Below are positions 41,924 through 51,436 of a stretch of DNA of 64,000 bases, in pieces. Location of the stretch: contig OY970268.1 in assembly GCA_963715735.1 (NCBI GenBank), positions 2,513,529-2,577,528 of the forward strand, read 5' to 3'. Origin of the DNA: an uncultured Thermoleophilia bacterium. Its GTDB lineage: Bacteria; Actinomycetota; Thermoleophilia; Solirubrobacterales; 70-9. Below the pieces are notes generated by a model that made no database searches, had not been told where the DNA came from, and saw nothing but the letters and a program-made list of their open reading frames with translations. The translations under genes and the position numbers were made by a program. The first letter of the stretch is position 1. Each line of letters begins with the position of its first letter.

Positions 41924-42499
41924 CTAGCCCCGGTCGGGGCGATCCGGATAGATCTCGTCGATCGTGACCAGGGCCCGGTAGGGAGCGGCCGCGGCCGCTT
42001 CGATCTTCTCGCCGCCGTCGGCGAGCCGGTCGACCACCGCGACGACGCCGACGACCTCGAGCTCCTGCTCGCGGATCCGCCCGATCGCGGTGGCGGTCGA
42101 GCCGCCGGTGGTCACCGTGTCCTCGACCACCAGGCACTTCATCTCCGGCTCGACCGGCCCCTCGACCCAGCGCTGCAGCCCGTGCTCCTTGCGCTCGCCG
42201 CGGACGAAGTAGGCGACCAGGCCGGCCCCGGCGGGGACGGCGATCGCCGCGCAGGCGGGCGGGATCGCCGCGGTGGCCGGGCCGCCGACGGCCTCGGCCC
42301 CGAGCTCGGTCGCGGTCGCCGCGATCAGCTCGCCGGCCGCGTGGAAGCCGTCGGGACGCATCAGGGTTCGCCTGGCGTCGACGTAGTACTGGGCGGTCGC
42401 GCCGCTGGCCAGGGTCACCTCGCCGAGAATCAGCGAGTGCTCGCGGAGCACCGCGAGCAGAGTCGACTTGGCGGTGGCGAGGTCGGTCACCGCCGGCAT
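41924..42499 (-). CDS. pyrE: orotate phosphoribosyltransferase
   Basis: Start at ATG 42499. GEVTLASGATAQYYVD and the PRPP-binding motif CLVVEDTVTTGGST. Confidence 0.85.
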   Translation of the reverse strand: MPAVTDLATAKSTLLAVLREHSLILGEVTLASGATAQYYVDARRTLMRPDGFHAAGELIAATATELGAEAVGGPATAAIPPACAAIAVPAGAGLVAYFVRGERKEHGLQRWVEGPVEPEMKCLVVEDTVTTGGSTATAIGRIREQELEVVGVVAVVDRLADGGEKIEAAAAAPYRALVTIDEIYPDRPDRG

Positions 42500-42500
42500 C

Positions 42501-43442
42501 CTACGGGGCCGGATCGAGCTCGTCGTGGAAGCCGCGGCGCCAGCTCCGATGAGTCGGCTCCCAACCGAGCTCGCGTTTCGCCTTCGCGTTGGAGGCACCG
42601 CGCAGCTCGAGGGCGGCGCCGGCCGACGCCGCGCCGGCGACGAGCCGGGCGAGCCAGGCCGGCACCCGGCGCGGCGGCTTGGCCCCGAGCGCCTGGGCGT
42701 AGACCGGCAACCACTCGCTCAGCCTCGCTGGCTCATCGTCGACGACGTTGTAGACGCCGGCAGTGCCCCGCTCGAGCGCGGCGACGGTCGCCGCGGCGGC
42801 GTCCTCGGTGTGGAGGAAGGAGAACATCCCGGTCCCCTTGCCGACGATCGGAAAGCGCCGGCGCTCGACTTCTTCGGCCTGCTGGCCGCCCCGGTCGTAG
42901 TAGGTGCCCGGCCCATACAGCCAGCCGTACCTGAGGACGACGCCGTCCATCCCGGCGGCGCCGAGAACCTGCTCTTCGAGGTCGGCAACCGCCCGCGTCG
43001 CGCCGCCGAAGGACCCGGGGGCGCTGTCGAAGATCGGCGCCCCCTCGTCCTTCACCCAGCCGCCCTGCGGCAGGTAGAGGAAAGCGATGCTCTCGGCGAT
43101 CAGGCGACGCGCGCCGGCCGCCGCGGCGGCGGCCACCAGGTTTCGCGTCCCCTCGATCCGGACCCGGTTGGTGGCCGCAAGGTAGTCGCTCTTGGGAGCG
43201 AAGCGCTGCGGCAGAGCCGTCAGCAGATGGACGACCGCGTCCGGCCGCGCTGCCGCAACGGCCTCGCGCAACCCCGCCGCATCGAAGGCGTCGCAAACCA
43301 CCGCCTCCGCCCCAGCCGCCCGAATCTCCGCCGCCGCCTCCTCCCGCCTCGTCATCCCCGTCACCCGGTGCCCCTTCTCCAAGAGCTGCCGCACCACCGG
43401 CCTCCCAAGCACCCCACTCGCCCCCGCCACAAAGACCTTCAT
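42501..43442 (-). CDS. NAD-dependent epimerase/dehydratase (extended SDR)
   Basis: MKVFVAGASGVLGRPVVRQLLEKGHRV. AGGAGGG lies upstream of the ATG. Confidence 0.85.
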   Translation of the reverse strand: MKVFVAGASGVLGRPVVRQLLEKGHRVTGMTRREEAAAEIRAAGAEAVVCDAFDAAGLREAVAAARPDAVVHLLTALPQRFAPKSDYLAATNRVRIEGTRNLVAAAAAAGARRLIAESIAFLYLPQGGWVKDEGAPIFDSAPGSFGGATRAVADLEEQVLGAAGMDGVVLRYGWLYGPGTYYDRGGQQAEEVERRRFPIVGKGTGMFSFLHTEDAAAATVAALERGTAGVYNVVDDEPARLSEWLPVYAQALGAKPPRRVPAWLARLVAGAASAGAALELRGASNAKAKRELGWEPTHRSWRRGFHDELDPAP

Positions 43443-43599
43443 CCCGCCCTCCTGTTCTCTGCCGCTTTCCTCAACATCAATTCTCCCAATAGAGACGTCC
43501 CATCGGTGTCCCGTCCCCCAAGTTCATCTGGGAGGTGGTCGGGCAAGCGAGTGCGCAGCCGAGGGCGAGTGTGGCCAAGCAGATCAAGGACGCAGGGCG

Positions 43600-43622
43600 C
43601 CTGAATAGCAGCGCTATTCAGG
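43600..43622 (-). terminator. hairpin CCTGAATAGC-agc-GCTATTCAGG downstream of the L,D-transpeptidase gene
   Basis: Perfect 10-bp stem with a 3-nt loop, about 70 nt after the stop at 43691, in a 248-bp spacer. The stem is unusually AT-rich for this genome and there is no clear U-tract. Confidence 0.3.
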
Positions 43623-43690
43623 CAACCGAGGACGCCGAGCTGCGCAGCGCCACGCTCGGCCGCAGGAGCGCAATCGCGCCGCCCGCCCAC

Positions 43691-44647
43691 CTACCAGATG
43701 AAGATGTCTTCCCCGAAATTGATGCGGTTGTAGATCTCGGGCTGGTCGGCGATGAACGTCCGCAGGCAGCCGTGGCTGGCCGGATAGTCGGGCACCGATT
43801 CGTAGCCGTGGACCGCGTAGCCGCCGTAGAAGTAAAACGAGTAGTACATCCCGTGGGAGTTGTAGCCGGGTTCGGTGCGGATGAACTCGAAGTGGCCGGT
43901 CACCGTCGGGGTCGAGGACTTGCCGGAGGAGATCGGGTAGATCGCGGTCGCCTGGTCGCCGTCGGCGAAGACCAGGACCTGCTTGTCGAGCGGCGCCTCG
44001 ACGTGCTGGCCGGCTCCCGGGTAGCGCACGCGGTAGCCGCCCTTGCCGGCATAAACGCTGCGGACCAGGCCGGCACCCGCCCGCATGCTGCGACTCTGGT
44101 TGTTGACTTTGCGGTAGGCGAGGACGCCGCGGGCGGTCTTGCCGCCGAAGCAGGAACCGCTGTTGGCGATGTAGCCCATCTCCCGCATCGCCTTCTTGAA
44201 TCCGATCACGGCTTTGCCGCACTCCCCCTGGCGCAGCGCTGGGAAGCTCACCTTCCAGAGCTTGCGGACGGTGCTGTCGCCGCCGAGCTCGGCGGTCGCC
44301 TCGTGGGTGGCGCTGACCGTGTACCTGCCGTCCTCGCGCACGATCACGCTCGACTTGAACTTGCCGAAGTCGCCGCCGCCCTTGCTGACCGCGACCTTCT
44401 TGGTCACCAGCGGCTTGCCGTCGAGGAAGAAGTCGACCTGGACCTTCTGGCCGGGGACGAAGGGCTTGACCGTGCCGAAGACGGGAACGGTGGAGAAGAT
44501 CTCGGCGCGAGCGCCGTCGAGCTTGCCGAGCTTGATCTTCACGGTCGCGTCCGGGACCGAACCGGCGCGCTGGGGCGCGGCGAGGGCGGAGGCGGGGAGC
44601 GCCAGCAACGTCAGCGCGGCGAGGATCGGGGCGAGGCGGCGAATCAC
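43691..44647 (-). CDS. L,D-transpeptidase (YkuD domain) with a peptidoglycan-binding domain
   Basis: Signal peptide. PG-binding-like GECGKAVIGFKKAMREMGYI..GKTARGVLAYRKVN. Catalytic region HGY...PDYPASHGCLR. Confidence 0.85.
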   Translation of the reverse strand: MIRRLAPILAALTLLALPASALAAPQRAGSVPDATVKIKLGKLDGARAEIFSTVPVFGTVKPFVPGQKVQVDFFLDGKPLVTKKVAVSKGGGDFGKFKSSVIVREDGRYTVSATHEATAELGGDSTVRKLWKVSFPALRQGECGKAVIGFKKAMREMGYIANSGSCFGGKTARGVLAYRKVNNQSRSMRAGAGLVRSVYAGKGGYRVRYPGAGQHVEAPLDKQVLVFADGDQATAIYPISSGKSSTPTVTGHFEFIRTEPGYNSHGMYYSFYFYGGYAVHGYESVPDYPASHGCLRTFIADQPEIYNRINFGEDIFIW

Positions 44648-44659
44648 GGGCCGGGAATC

Positions 44660-45370
44660 CTACTGGGCGAGCAGGGCGACAGAGTTGTTCAGCATGTGCA
44701 GCAAGATGCAGGGCACGATCGAACCGGTTTTCTCGTAAAGCAGGGCGAGGACGAAGCCAAAGGCGATCAGCGGGGGCACGGCGCTGACGCCGGTGAGAGC
44801 GTGCAGGGCCCCGAAGATGGCGCCGCTCAGCAGCGCCGCGCCGATCCGCGGCATCTTCTCGCGCAGGCCGCCGAACAACATGCCGCGAAAGCAGACCTCC
44901 TCGGATATGGGAGCGGCGATCGCGATCAGCAGGATCTGCACCGGCAGCGCCCCGAAGCCCTCGGCGATGTCCTCCTGTTCGGGCGTGACGATGACCAGCG
45001 AGTAGAGCATCGCGAACAGCAGATAGGCGCCGACCGCCGCCGCCATCCACTTGAAGGCCGAGGGAGCGAAGCGCCTGATCCCGAGCCGGTGCAGGATCTC
45101 CCCGAGCGAGTCGGCGCCACGCCAGGCGGCGATCGCCATCGGCACGAGCAGGAAACCGAGCGCGGTCGCCGCCTGGACGACGATGTTGCCGGCGGTGCTG
45201 AGGTCGCCGTCGCCCTCCTGGCCGAAGAAGGCCGCGGGGATCGAGAGCATGATGCCGGCGCCCAGCGCGAGGACGACGCCGAGCACCGCGGCGAGCGGGC
45301 CCCAGTTGGAGTAGGGGAAGCGCGGTTCGGGGGTGCGAGCGAGCGCCTGCGCAGCTAGGTTGGCCTCCAT
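44660..45370 (-). CDS. CPBP-family intramembrane glutamic endopeptidase (CAAX protease-like)
   Basis: APISEEVCFRG, FGALH and HMLNN motifs, with multiple TM segments. Start at ATG 45370. Confidence 0.85.
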   Translation of the reverse strand: MEANLAAQALARTPEPRFPYSNWGPLAAVLGVVLALGAGIMLSIPAAFFGQEGDGDLSTAGNIVVQAATALGFLLVPMAIAAWRGADSLGEILHRLGIRRFAPSAFKWMAAAVGAYLLFAMLYSLVIVTPEQEDIAEGFGALPVQILLIAIAAPISEEVCFRGMLFGGLREKMPRIGAALLSGAIFGALHALTGVSAVPPLIAFGFVLALLYEKTGSIVPCILLHMLNNSVALLAQ

Positions 45371-45809
45371 GTCGCCGCAAGTCTCACAGGTCTCCCGCTC
45401 GACCAAAACCCGCCTGCGCCTGCTGCGGCGCCTGATCGTGGTCGCGGTCCTGGTGATCCTGGGGATGATCGCCCTCGGCCAGTTCACCGACCTCGAGCGA
45501 CTGGCCACCGGCGTCCTCGCCTCCTCGGCCGTGATCGCCCTGATCGTCGGCTTCGCCGCCCAGCACACGCTCGGGAACATGGTCGCGGGGGTCCAGATCG
45601 GCGTCTCGCAGCCGTTCCGGATCGGCGACAAGGTCACCTTCGAAGAGACCGAGGGAAGGGTCACCGACATCTCGCTCTCCTACACCTACATCGATCCCGG
45701 CGACGGCAGCTCGGTCGTGATCCCCAACCAGCTCCTGGTCGACGGGATCGTCCACAACCACTCGACCGCCGAGACCCAGGAACTGCAGAAGGTCAACAAG
45801 CCGGGCTGA
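45369..45809 (+). CDS. small MscS-family mechanosensitive channel-like protein
   Basis: A pore-helix-like segment (SSAVIALIVGFAAQHTLGNMVAGVQI) followed by a beta-domain (FRIGDKVTFEETEGRVTDISLSYTYI). The start is uncertain: ATG 45369, TTG 45360 or GTG 45333. Confidence 0.6.
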   Translation: MSPQVSQVSRSTKTRLRLLRRLIVVAVLVILGMIALGQFTDLERLATGVLASSAVIALIVGFAAQHTLGNMVAGVQIGVSQPFRIGDKVTFEETEGRVTDISLSYTYIDPGDGSSVVIPNQLLVDGIVHNHSTAETQELQKVNKPG

Positions 45810-45845
45810 GCTTCGCCCAACCTGGTCTGAGTACCCTCTGAGCCG

Positions 45846-47984
45846 ATGGCGCAGCAGCGCATCCGGCGGAGGCAGAGGCGCCGCGGAGGAGTCGGCGGCA
45901 AGGTGCTGCTGGTCTTCGGCGCGATCTTCGCGGTGCTCGCGATCGCCGTGATCGCGATCGCCTCCTGGGTCCTCGACGTCGCCGCCGAGGCGCCGTCGCT
46001 GTCGACCTGCAAACCGGTCGAGCGGCGCGGCAACACGACCATCTACGCCGCCGACGGCACCAGGCTCGGCCGCGTCGTCTCCAGCGAGACCCACATCCCG
46101 GTTTCGATCGAGCGGATCCCCAAGAGCCTGCAGCGGGCGACGGTGGCGATCGAGGACCAGCGCTTCTACGAGCACGGCGGCGTCGACACCGAGGGCATCC
46201 TCCGCGCCGCGATCAAGAACCTCGAAGCCGGGGAAACGGTCGAGGGCGGCTCGACGATCACCCAGCAGCTCGTCCGCAACCTCTGCATCAAGGACCCCGA
46301 GCGGACGCTCGAGCGCAAGATCGTCGAGGCGGAGCTGGCGATCGAGTACTCCGAGCAGCACACCCGCAGGGAAATTCTCGGCCAGTACCTCAACGTGGCG
46401 ACCTATGGGACCGTCGAGGGGAGCACCGCGGTCGGCGTCGGCGCCGCCGCGCGGATCTACTTCTCGCGCCCGGTCGCGAAGCTGAGCCTGCCGCAGGCGG
46501 CGCTGCTGGCAGGGCTGCCGCAGGCGCCCTCGGAATACAACCCGATCCTCAACCCCGGGGCGGCAAAAGACCGACGCGACCAGGTGCTGCGGCAGATGGC
46601 GAAGCTCGACTACCTCAGCCCCGAGCGGGCCCGCGAAGCGCAGCAGCGGGGGCTCGGACTCGACGTCTCCGACAGCTACTTCGAGCACCGCGAGCCCTAC
46701 TTCTTCGACTACGTCGAAAACGAGCTGATCGAGGACTACGGACCGCGCTTGGTGCGCCAGGGCGGGCTCCAGGTCCACACCACGATCGACCTCGACCTGC
46801 AGGAAGTCGGGCTGGCGGCGATCCGGCGCACCCTGCCCTACTCGACCGACCCCGCCGCGGCGCTGGTCTCGGTCGATCCACGCAACGGCCGGGTGCGGGC
46901 GATGGTCTCCAGCGCCGCCTACGACCAGACCCAGTTCAACCTCGCCGCCCAGGGGCGCCGGCAGCCGGGCTCGACCTTCAAGACCTTCGTGCTGACGGCG
47001 GCGATCAAGCAGGGCATCGACCCCTACTCGACCTATTACACCTCGAAACCGCTCGACCTCGACCTGCCCTACTGGGGCCATTGGGAGGTCGCCACCGCCG
47101 ACGAGGGCTACCAGGGGACCGTCAACCTGCAACAGGCGACGGTCAGCTCCGACAACACCGTCTTTGCCCAGCTCGATCTCGACGTCGGCCCCAAGAGCGT
47201 CGCGCAAACGGCGAAGTCGATGGGGATCACGACCGAACTCGACGGGATCCCGGCCGAGGGGATCGGTGGTCTGCGGATCGGCGTCTCGCCGCTGGAGATG
47301 GCCGACGCCTACGCGACCCTGGCGGCCGGCGGCACCCATCGCAACCCGGTGGCGATCGAGCGCGTCGTCTTCCCCAGCGGACACGTCGACAAGCCGGAGT
47401 CGCCACGGCCCGAGCAGGCCGTCTCGCCGGCCGTCGCCTGGGAGGTGACGCGCCTGCTGCACGACAACATCACCGAAGGCACTGGCACCGCCGCCTACAC
47501 CGGCTGCGCCGGGCAGGCGGGCAAGACCGGAACTACCGACGAATACACCGACGCTTGGTTCACCGGCTACCAACCGAACCTGGCGACGGCCGTCTGGGTC
47601 GGCTACCCGGAGTCAAATGACATCTCGATGTCTTCGGTGCACGGGATCACCGTCTTCGGCGGCACCTTCCCGGCCGAGATCTGGCACTCGCTGTACTCCG
47701 AAGGCGGCGTCGAGTGCGAGGAATTCAGCGAACCCGAGGAGAAGATCCAGTGGGCTCCCTACTACGGCCGCTTCGCTCGATCGGCGCCTGGCGGCGATGA
47801 CCTCGGGGGCGGCGGGGGCGATGGGGGCGGCGAACCGCTACCGGGGAGTGCCGCGGTCGGTGGCTACGACCCCAACGCCTACGCGCCGGGTGCCGGGCAG
47901 GAGCCGGCGCCACTGCCGCCCCCTTATGAACCGCCGCCCGCGGGCGGCGTCAGCGGCGGCGAGTCGGCCGGCTCCAGCGGGTAG
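45846..47984 (+). CDS. class A penicillin-binding protein (glycosyltransferase plus transpeptidase)
   Basis: GT51 motifs EDQRFYEHGGVD, GGSTITQQLVRN and RKI.EA. Transpeptidase motifs GSTFK, SSDN and KTGTT. N-terminal TM anchor and a Gly/Pro-rich tail. Confidence 0.92.
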   Translation: MAQQRIRRRQRRRGGVGGKVLLVFGAIFAVLAIAVIAIASWVLDVAAEAPSLSTCKPVERRGNTTIYAADGTRLGRVVSSETHIPVSIERIPKSLQRATVAIEDQRFYEHGGVDTEGILRAAIKNLEAGETVEGGSTITQQLVRNLCIKDPERTLERKIVEAELAIEYSEQHTRREILGQYLNVATYGTVEGSTAVGVGAAARIYFSRPVAKLSLPQAALLAGLPQAPSEYNPILNPGAAKDRRDQVLRQMAKLDYLSPERAREAQQRGLGLDVSDSYFEHREPYFFDYVENELIEDYGPRLVRQGGLQVHTTIDLDLQEVGLAAIRRTLPYSTDPAAALVSVDPRNGRVRAMVSSAAYDQTQFNLAAQGRRQPGSTFKTFVLTAAIKQGIDPYSTYYTSKPLDLDLPYWGHWEVATADEGYQGTVNLQQATVSSDNTVFAQLDLDVGPKSVAQTAKSMGITTELDGIPAEGIGGLRIGVSPLEMADAYATLAAGGTHRNPVAIERVVFPSGHVDKPESPRPEQAVSPAVAWEVTRLLHDNITEGTGTAAYTGCAGQAGKTGTTDEYTDAWFTGYQPNLATAVWVGYPESNDISMSSVHGITVFGGTFPAEIWHSLYSEGGVECEEFSEPEEKIQWAPYYGRFARSAPGGDDLGGGGGDGGGEPLPGSAAVGGYDPNAYAPGAGQEPAPLPPPYEPPPAGGVSGGESAGSSG

Positions 47985-48052
47985 CGACGATCGACCCCGG
48001 GCTCGCCTACGCCCTCGTCTGGGCCGGCTTCCTCGCCTATCTCGGGGTCCTG

Positions 48053-49075
48053 GTGGCGGCGCCGCGATTGGGGGCGCGGTTGGTCTGGGGGGCAATCGTC
48101 CTCCTCGTGACCGGTTTCGCGCTGGCGCCGGTGCTGCTCTCCCACGACGTCTTCAGCTACGTCGACTACGCCCGCCTCGGGGTCGTCCACGGGCTCGACC
48201 CCTACGCGCACCCGCCGCTGGCCGCTCCCGCGGACCCGGCCTTCGACGACGTCACCTGGACCGAAGCGACGAGCGCCTACGGGCCGCTGTTCACGCTCGC
48301 GACCTACCCGCTCGCCTGGCTGCCGGTCGGAGCCGCGGTGGCGGTGCTGAAGGGCGTCGCGGCGCTCTCGGTGCTGGCGCTGGCGGTACTCGTGGGACGG
48401 ATCGCCGCCTGGCGCGGCGTCGACCCGCTGCGAGCCGCCGCCTTCGTCGCCCTCAACCCGCTCGTCCTCGTCCACGTGGTCGGGGGCGCGCACAACGACG
48501 GCCTGACGATGCTGGCGGTGATGGCCGGCGTGGCCGGCGTCCTGGCCGCTCGCGAGCTCTCGGGCGGGTTCGCCTTCGTGGCCGCGATCGCCGTCAAGGC
48601 CTCCGCCCTCGTCGTCGCCCCCTTCGCCCTGGTCGGCGCCCGGCGCCGCGGCGTGCTTCTGCTCGGCGAGCTGATCGCGGCCGTCGCGGTTACCGCCAGC
48701 GCCAGCATCGCCTTCGGTTGGGACTGGACCGGCGCCCTCGGCCTGGCCGGGGAGAACCAGGACCGGACCAGCCACATGAGCATCCCGATCACCTTCGCCC
48801 GGCTGAGCGGGCTCGACCCCGATCCCGTGCGCGCCGCGGCGCTGCTGCTCTACGCGGCGGCCGTGGTCGTTCTGCTCCTCCGCGCCTGGCGCGGCCACGA
48901 CTGGATCGACGCCGCCGCCTGGGCCACCCTGGGCCTGCTCCTGGCCACCGCCTGGCTGCTCCCCTGGTACCTGATCTGGCTCCTCCCGCTCGCAGCCGTC
49001 TCCAGAAGCCGGACCCTGGTTCTTCTCACCCTCGCTCTAACCGCGTATCAGCTAGGAGCCCGCATCCCCCTCTGA
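48053..49075 (+). CDS. GT87/DUF2029-like polytopic membrane glycosyltransferase (PimE-like)
   Basis: SHDVFSYVDYARLGVVHGLDPY, YGPLFT and multiple TM segments. The same frame upstream (47990-48052) encodes a TM-like IDPGLAYALVWAGFLAYLGVLV without a canonical start, so the N-terminus is uncertain. Confidence 0.6.
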   Translation: MAAPRLGARLVWGAIVLLVTGFALAPVLLSHDVFSYVDYARLGVVHGLDPYAHPPLAAPADPAFDDVTWTEATSAYGPLFTLATYPLAWLPVGAAVAVLKGVAALSVLALAVLVGRIAAWRGVDPLRAAAFVALNPLVLVHVVGGAHNDGLTMLAVMAGVAGVLAARELSGGFAFVAAIAVKASALVVAPFALVGARRRGVLLLGELIAAVAVTASASIAFGWDWTGALGLAGENQDRTSHMSIPITFARLSGLDPDPVRAAALLLYAAAVVVLLLRAWRGHDWIDAAAWATLGLLLATAWLLPWYLIWLLPLAAVSRSRTLVLLTLALTAYQLGARIPL

Positions 49076-49110
49076 GGGCCTGAGAGGGCTCCCGATCCTC
49101 CTCACCGCGC

Positions 49111-50181
49111 TCAGAGGATTTCGGGCGAGTGCCGAGCCGGTTCGGGCTCCGCCTCCTGCTCCTCCTTGGAGGGATGCAGGATCCCCGTGTCGATGCTCCA
49201 ACCCTCGCGCCGGCCAAGCGCCGTCACCGCCCCGACGTAGATCAGTTCGCCCACCGTCATCACGCCGCGCACGGCGATCGCGATCAGCGAGCCGAGGGCG
49301 AAGCTACGACTCGGCAGCGCCGCCTTCAGGCCCCAGGCAAAGGCGGCGTCGCGGACGCCGATGCCGGCCGGGGCGACCAGCGTCACCAGCGCGGCGAAGT
49401 AGCCGATCGCCTGCGCGGAGCCAACCAGGAGGATGTCGTCGAAGGGGATGTAGGTGACCGAGCGGGCGACGCAGTAGATGCCGAAGGCGACGACGATCCA
49501 ATTCAGGGAGTAAAAGACGACCAGCGCGAGCACGCCGCGCAGCGGCACCACCGCCGGCAGCGGCTCGCGGCCGAAGGCGCGTAAGGCTCGGTTCGCCAGC
49601 GGCCCGAAGACCCGCGGCTGCAGGATCACGATCGCCAGCGGGATCAGCAGCAGCACCGCCCAGCGCAGCGGCTGCCCTTCGAGGTCGGGGTGGTTGATGA
49701 TGAAGTAGGAGGCGACGACCACGGCAGAGGTCGCCGAGATCGCCTGTTCGTAGACGATGCTGGCGATCGTCATCCGCCGCGGGATCCCGGCTCGTTCGGA
49801 GAGCAGCACCCGCCCGAGGACGTAGAGGACGCTGCCGGGCACGTAGCGCGCCAGCAGCGGTTGGCCCCAGGCAACCTGGGCGCGGCCAAAGCCGATCCGG
49901 TAGCCGAGGAAGCGCAGGATCAGGTCCCAGCCATAGGCGCTGAAGACGTAGAACATCGGCAGGATCACGATCGCCGGCGCCAGCCAACCGACGTGGAAGT
50001 GGACCCCCTCCTCTTTGATCTCCGACCACTGGTTGATCACGGTCAGGACCAGGAAGCCGAAGATGACCACGGCGAGGCCGATTTGAAGGGCCAGGCGGAC
50101 TCGGCGGCTGCGCGGCGGCTTGGTGCCGACCTTGGCCCCGGCCTCACCGATCCGGTGCAGAAGTGGTTGGCGGCGCTCCAC
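49111..50181 (-). CDS. UPF0104 / lysylphosphatidylglycerol-synthase-TM-region-like membrane protein
   Basis: Polytopic protein. [11 protein letters not shown] and [13 protein letters not shown] fit my recollection of the family. GTG 50181 is preceded by GGTGAGG. The upstream part of the tracked ORF was rejected. Confidence 0.65.
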   Translation of the reverse strand: MERRQPLLHRIGEAGAKVGTKPPRSRRVRLALQIGLAVVIFGFLVLTVINQWSEIKEEGVHFHVGWLAPAIVILPMFYVFSAYGWDLILRFLGYRIGFGRAQVAWGQPLLARYVPGSVLYVLGRVLLSERAGIPRRMTIASIVYEQAISATSAVVVASYFIINHPDLEGQPLRWAVLLLIPLAIVILQPRVFGPLANRALRAFGREPLPAVVPLRGVLALVVFYSLNWIVVAFGIYCVARSVTYIPFDDILLVGSAQAIGYFAALVTLVAPAGIGVRDAAFAWGLKAALPSRSFALGSLIAIAVRGVMTVGELIYVGAVTALGRREGWSIDTGILHPSKEEQEAEPEPARHSPEIL

Positions 50182-50220
50182 GAAAGCCTCACCATAGTGA
50201 GGGTTTGGGATAGTCAGCGG

Positions 50221-51222
50221 ATGGGCGAGTTCGAGCTGCTGGCGAAGCTGCGGGGACGATTGCCGGCGCCGGGGCCGCGAATTCGGGTCGGCAGTGGCGA
50301 CGACGCCGCGATCACCGTGCCGGGCGGTGCCACCGCGACCTCGGTCGACGCACTCGTCGACGGCGTCCACTTCCGCCGCGGACAACTTGGGCTCGAGGGG
50401 ATCGGCCACAAGGCGCTGGCCACCGCCCTCTCCGACCTGGCGGCGATGGGAGCGGAAGCCGGCGAGGCCTACGTGGTCCTCGGCGTCCCGCCCGACCTCG
50501 GCGAGGACGATTGCCTGCGGGTCCTCGACGGGATGGTGGCGTTGGCGGCGCGTACCGGCACCACCCTGGCCGGCGGCGACGTCACCCGAGCGCCGGCGCT
50601 GACGCTCGCCGTCACCGTCGTCGGTCACGCCGAGTCGGCCGGGGACATGGTCGGCCGTGACGGCGCCCGTCCCGGCGACGCCTTGGTCCTGACCGGCGAG
50701 CTCGGCGGGGCCGCTGCCGGCCTGCTGCTACTCGAACGCCCGGAGCTCGCCAGCTGCGTCTCCGAGGAAACGGCGGCCCGGCTGCGCAAGCGCCAGCAAG
50801 AGCCCTGGCCGCGGCTGCGCGCCGGGCGCGCCCTGGCCGCGGCGGGAGCGACGGCGATGATCGACCTCAGCGACGGGCTCGGCGCCGACGCCGGCCACCT
50901 CGCCGCACGCAGCGACGTGGCCCTGCGGATCGATGCGGCCTCGCTCCCCCTCGCCAAGGGCGTCGCCGAGGTTGCCGTCGCGGCTGGACGCGAGCCGCTC
51001 GCGCTCGCGACGGCGGCGGGCGAGGACTACGAGCTGCTGGCGGCGCTACCGGCGGATCATCTCGGGCACGCGTCCGTGACGATCGGCGGGGCCGAGGAAG
51101 CGGCGCTGACGCCGATCGGCGAGGTCGGCACCGGCTCGGGGGTTGAGATCAGGCTGCCCGGCGGGGGGAATCTGGAGGCGGGTGGTTACGACCAGCTGGC
51201 GCAACGGCCGACTGGGACATGA
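50221..51222 (+). CDS. thiL: thiamine-monophosphate kinase
   Basis: [49 protein letters not shown] and DLSDGL. Confidence 0.85.
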   Translation: MGEFELLAKLRGRLPAPGPRIRVGSGDDAAITVPGGATATSVDALVDGVHFRRGQLGLEGIGHKALATALSDLAAMGAEAGEAYVVLGVPPDLGEDDCLRVLDGMVALAARTGTTLAGGDVTRAPALTLAVTVVGHAESAGDMVGRDGARPGDALVLTGELGGAAAGLLLLERPELASCVSEETAARLRKRQQEPWPRLRAGRALAAAGATAMIDLSDGLGADAGHLAARSDVALRIDAASLPLAKGVAEVAVAAGREPLALATAAGEDYELLAALPADHLGHASVTIGGAEEAALTPIGEVGTGSGVEIRLPGGGNLEAGGYDQLAQRPTGT

Positions 51223-51331
51223 CCAGCAGCTCCCTGACGCCGCGGCGCTGCAGCATCGCCGCGGCTATCCGCGACGGGTCTGGCTTGTAGTGGCCGGACT
51301 CGACCAGGCTTTTCAGTTCCTGCGCTTGCAC
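51149..51331 (-). CDS. possible mini-ORF with a FlgM-like anti-sigma-28 motif
   Basis: [24 protein letters not shown] resembles the C-terminal FlgM signature (LK..I..G.Y.VD...IA..ML). It has a GTG start, no convincing SD, and its 3' end overlaps thiL by about 74 nt. It may be a remnant or a chance match. Confidence 0.2.
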   Translation of the reverse strand: MQAQELKSLVESGHYKPDPSRIAAAMLQRRGVRELLVMSQSAVAPAGRNHPPPDSPRRAA

Positions 51332-51436
51332 GATTTTCTTATCGGCTCAGGCGACCAAGACCTTAGTTCTGAGTACTCGCACATGCGTCCAATCCAGGCG
51401 TCTGATTGATCCAAACTGCGGCCCGACTAACCTTGA

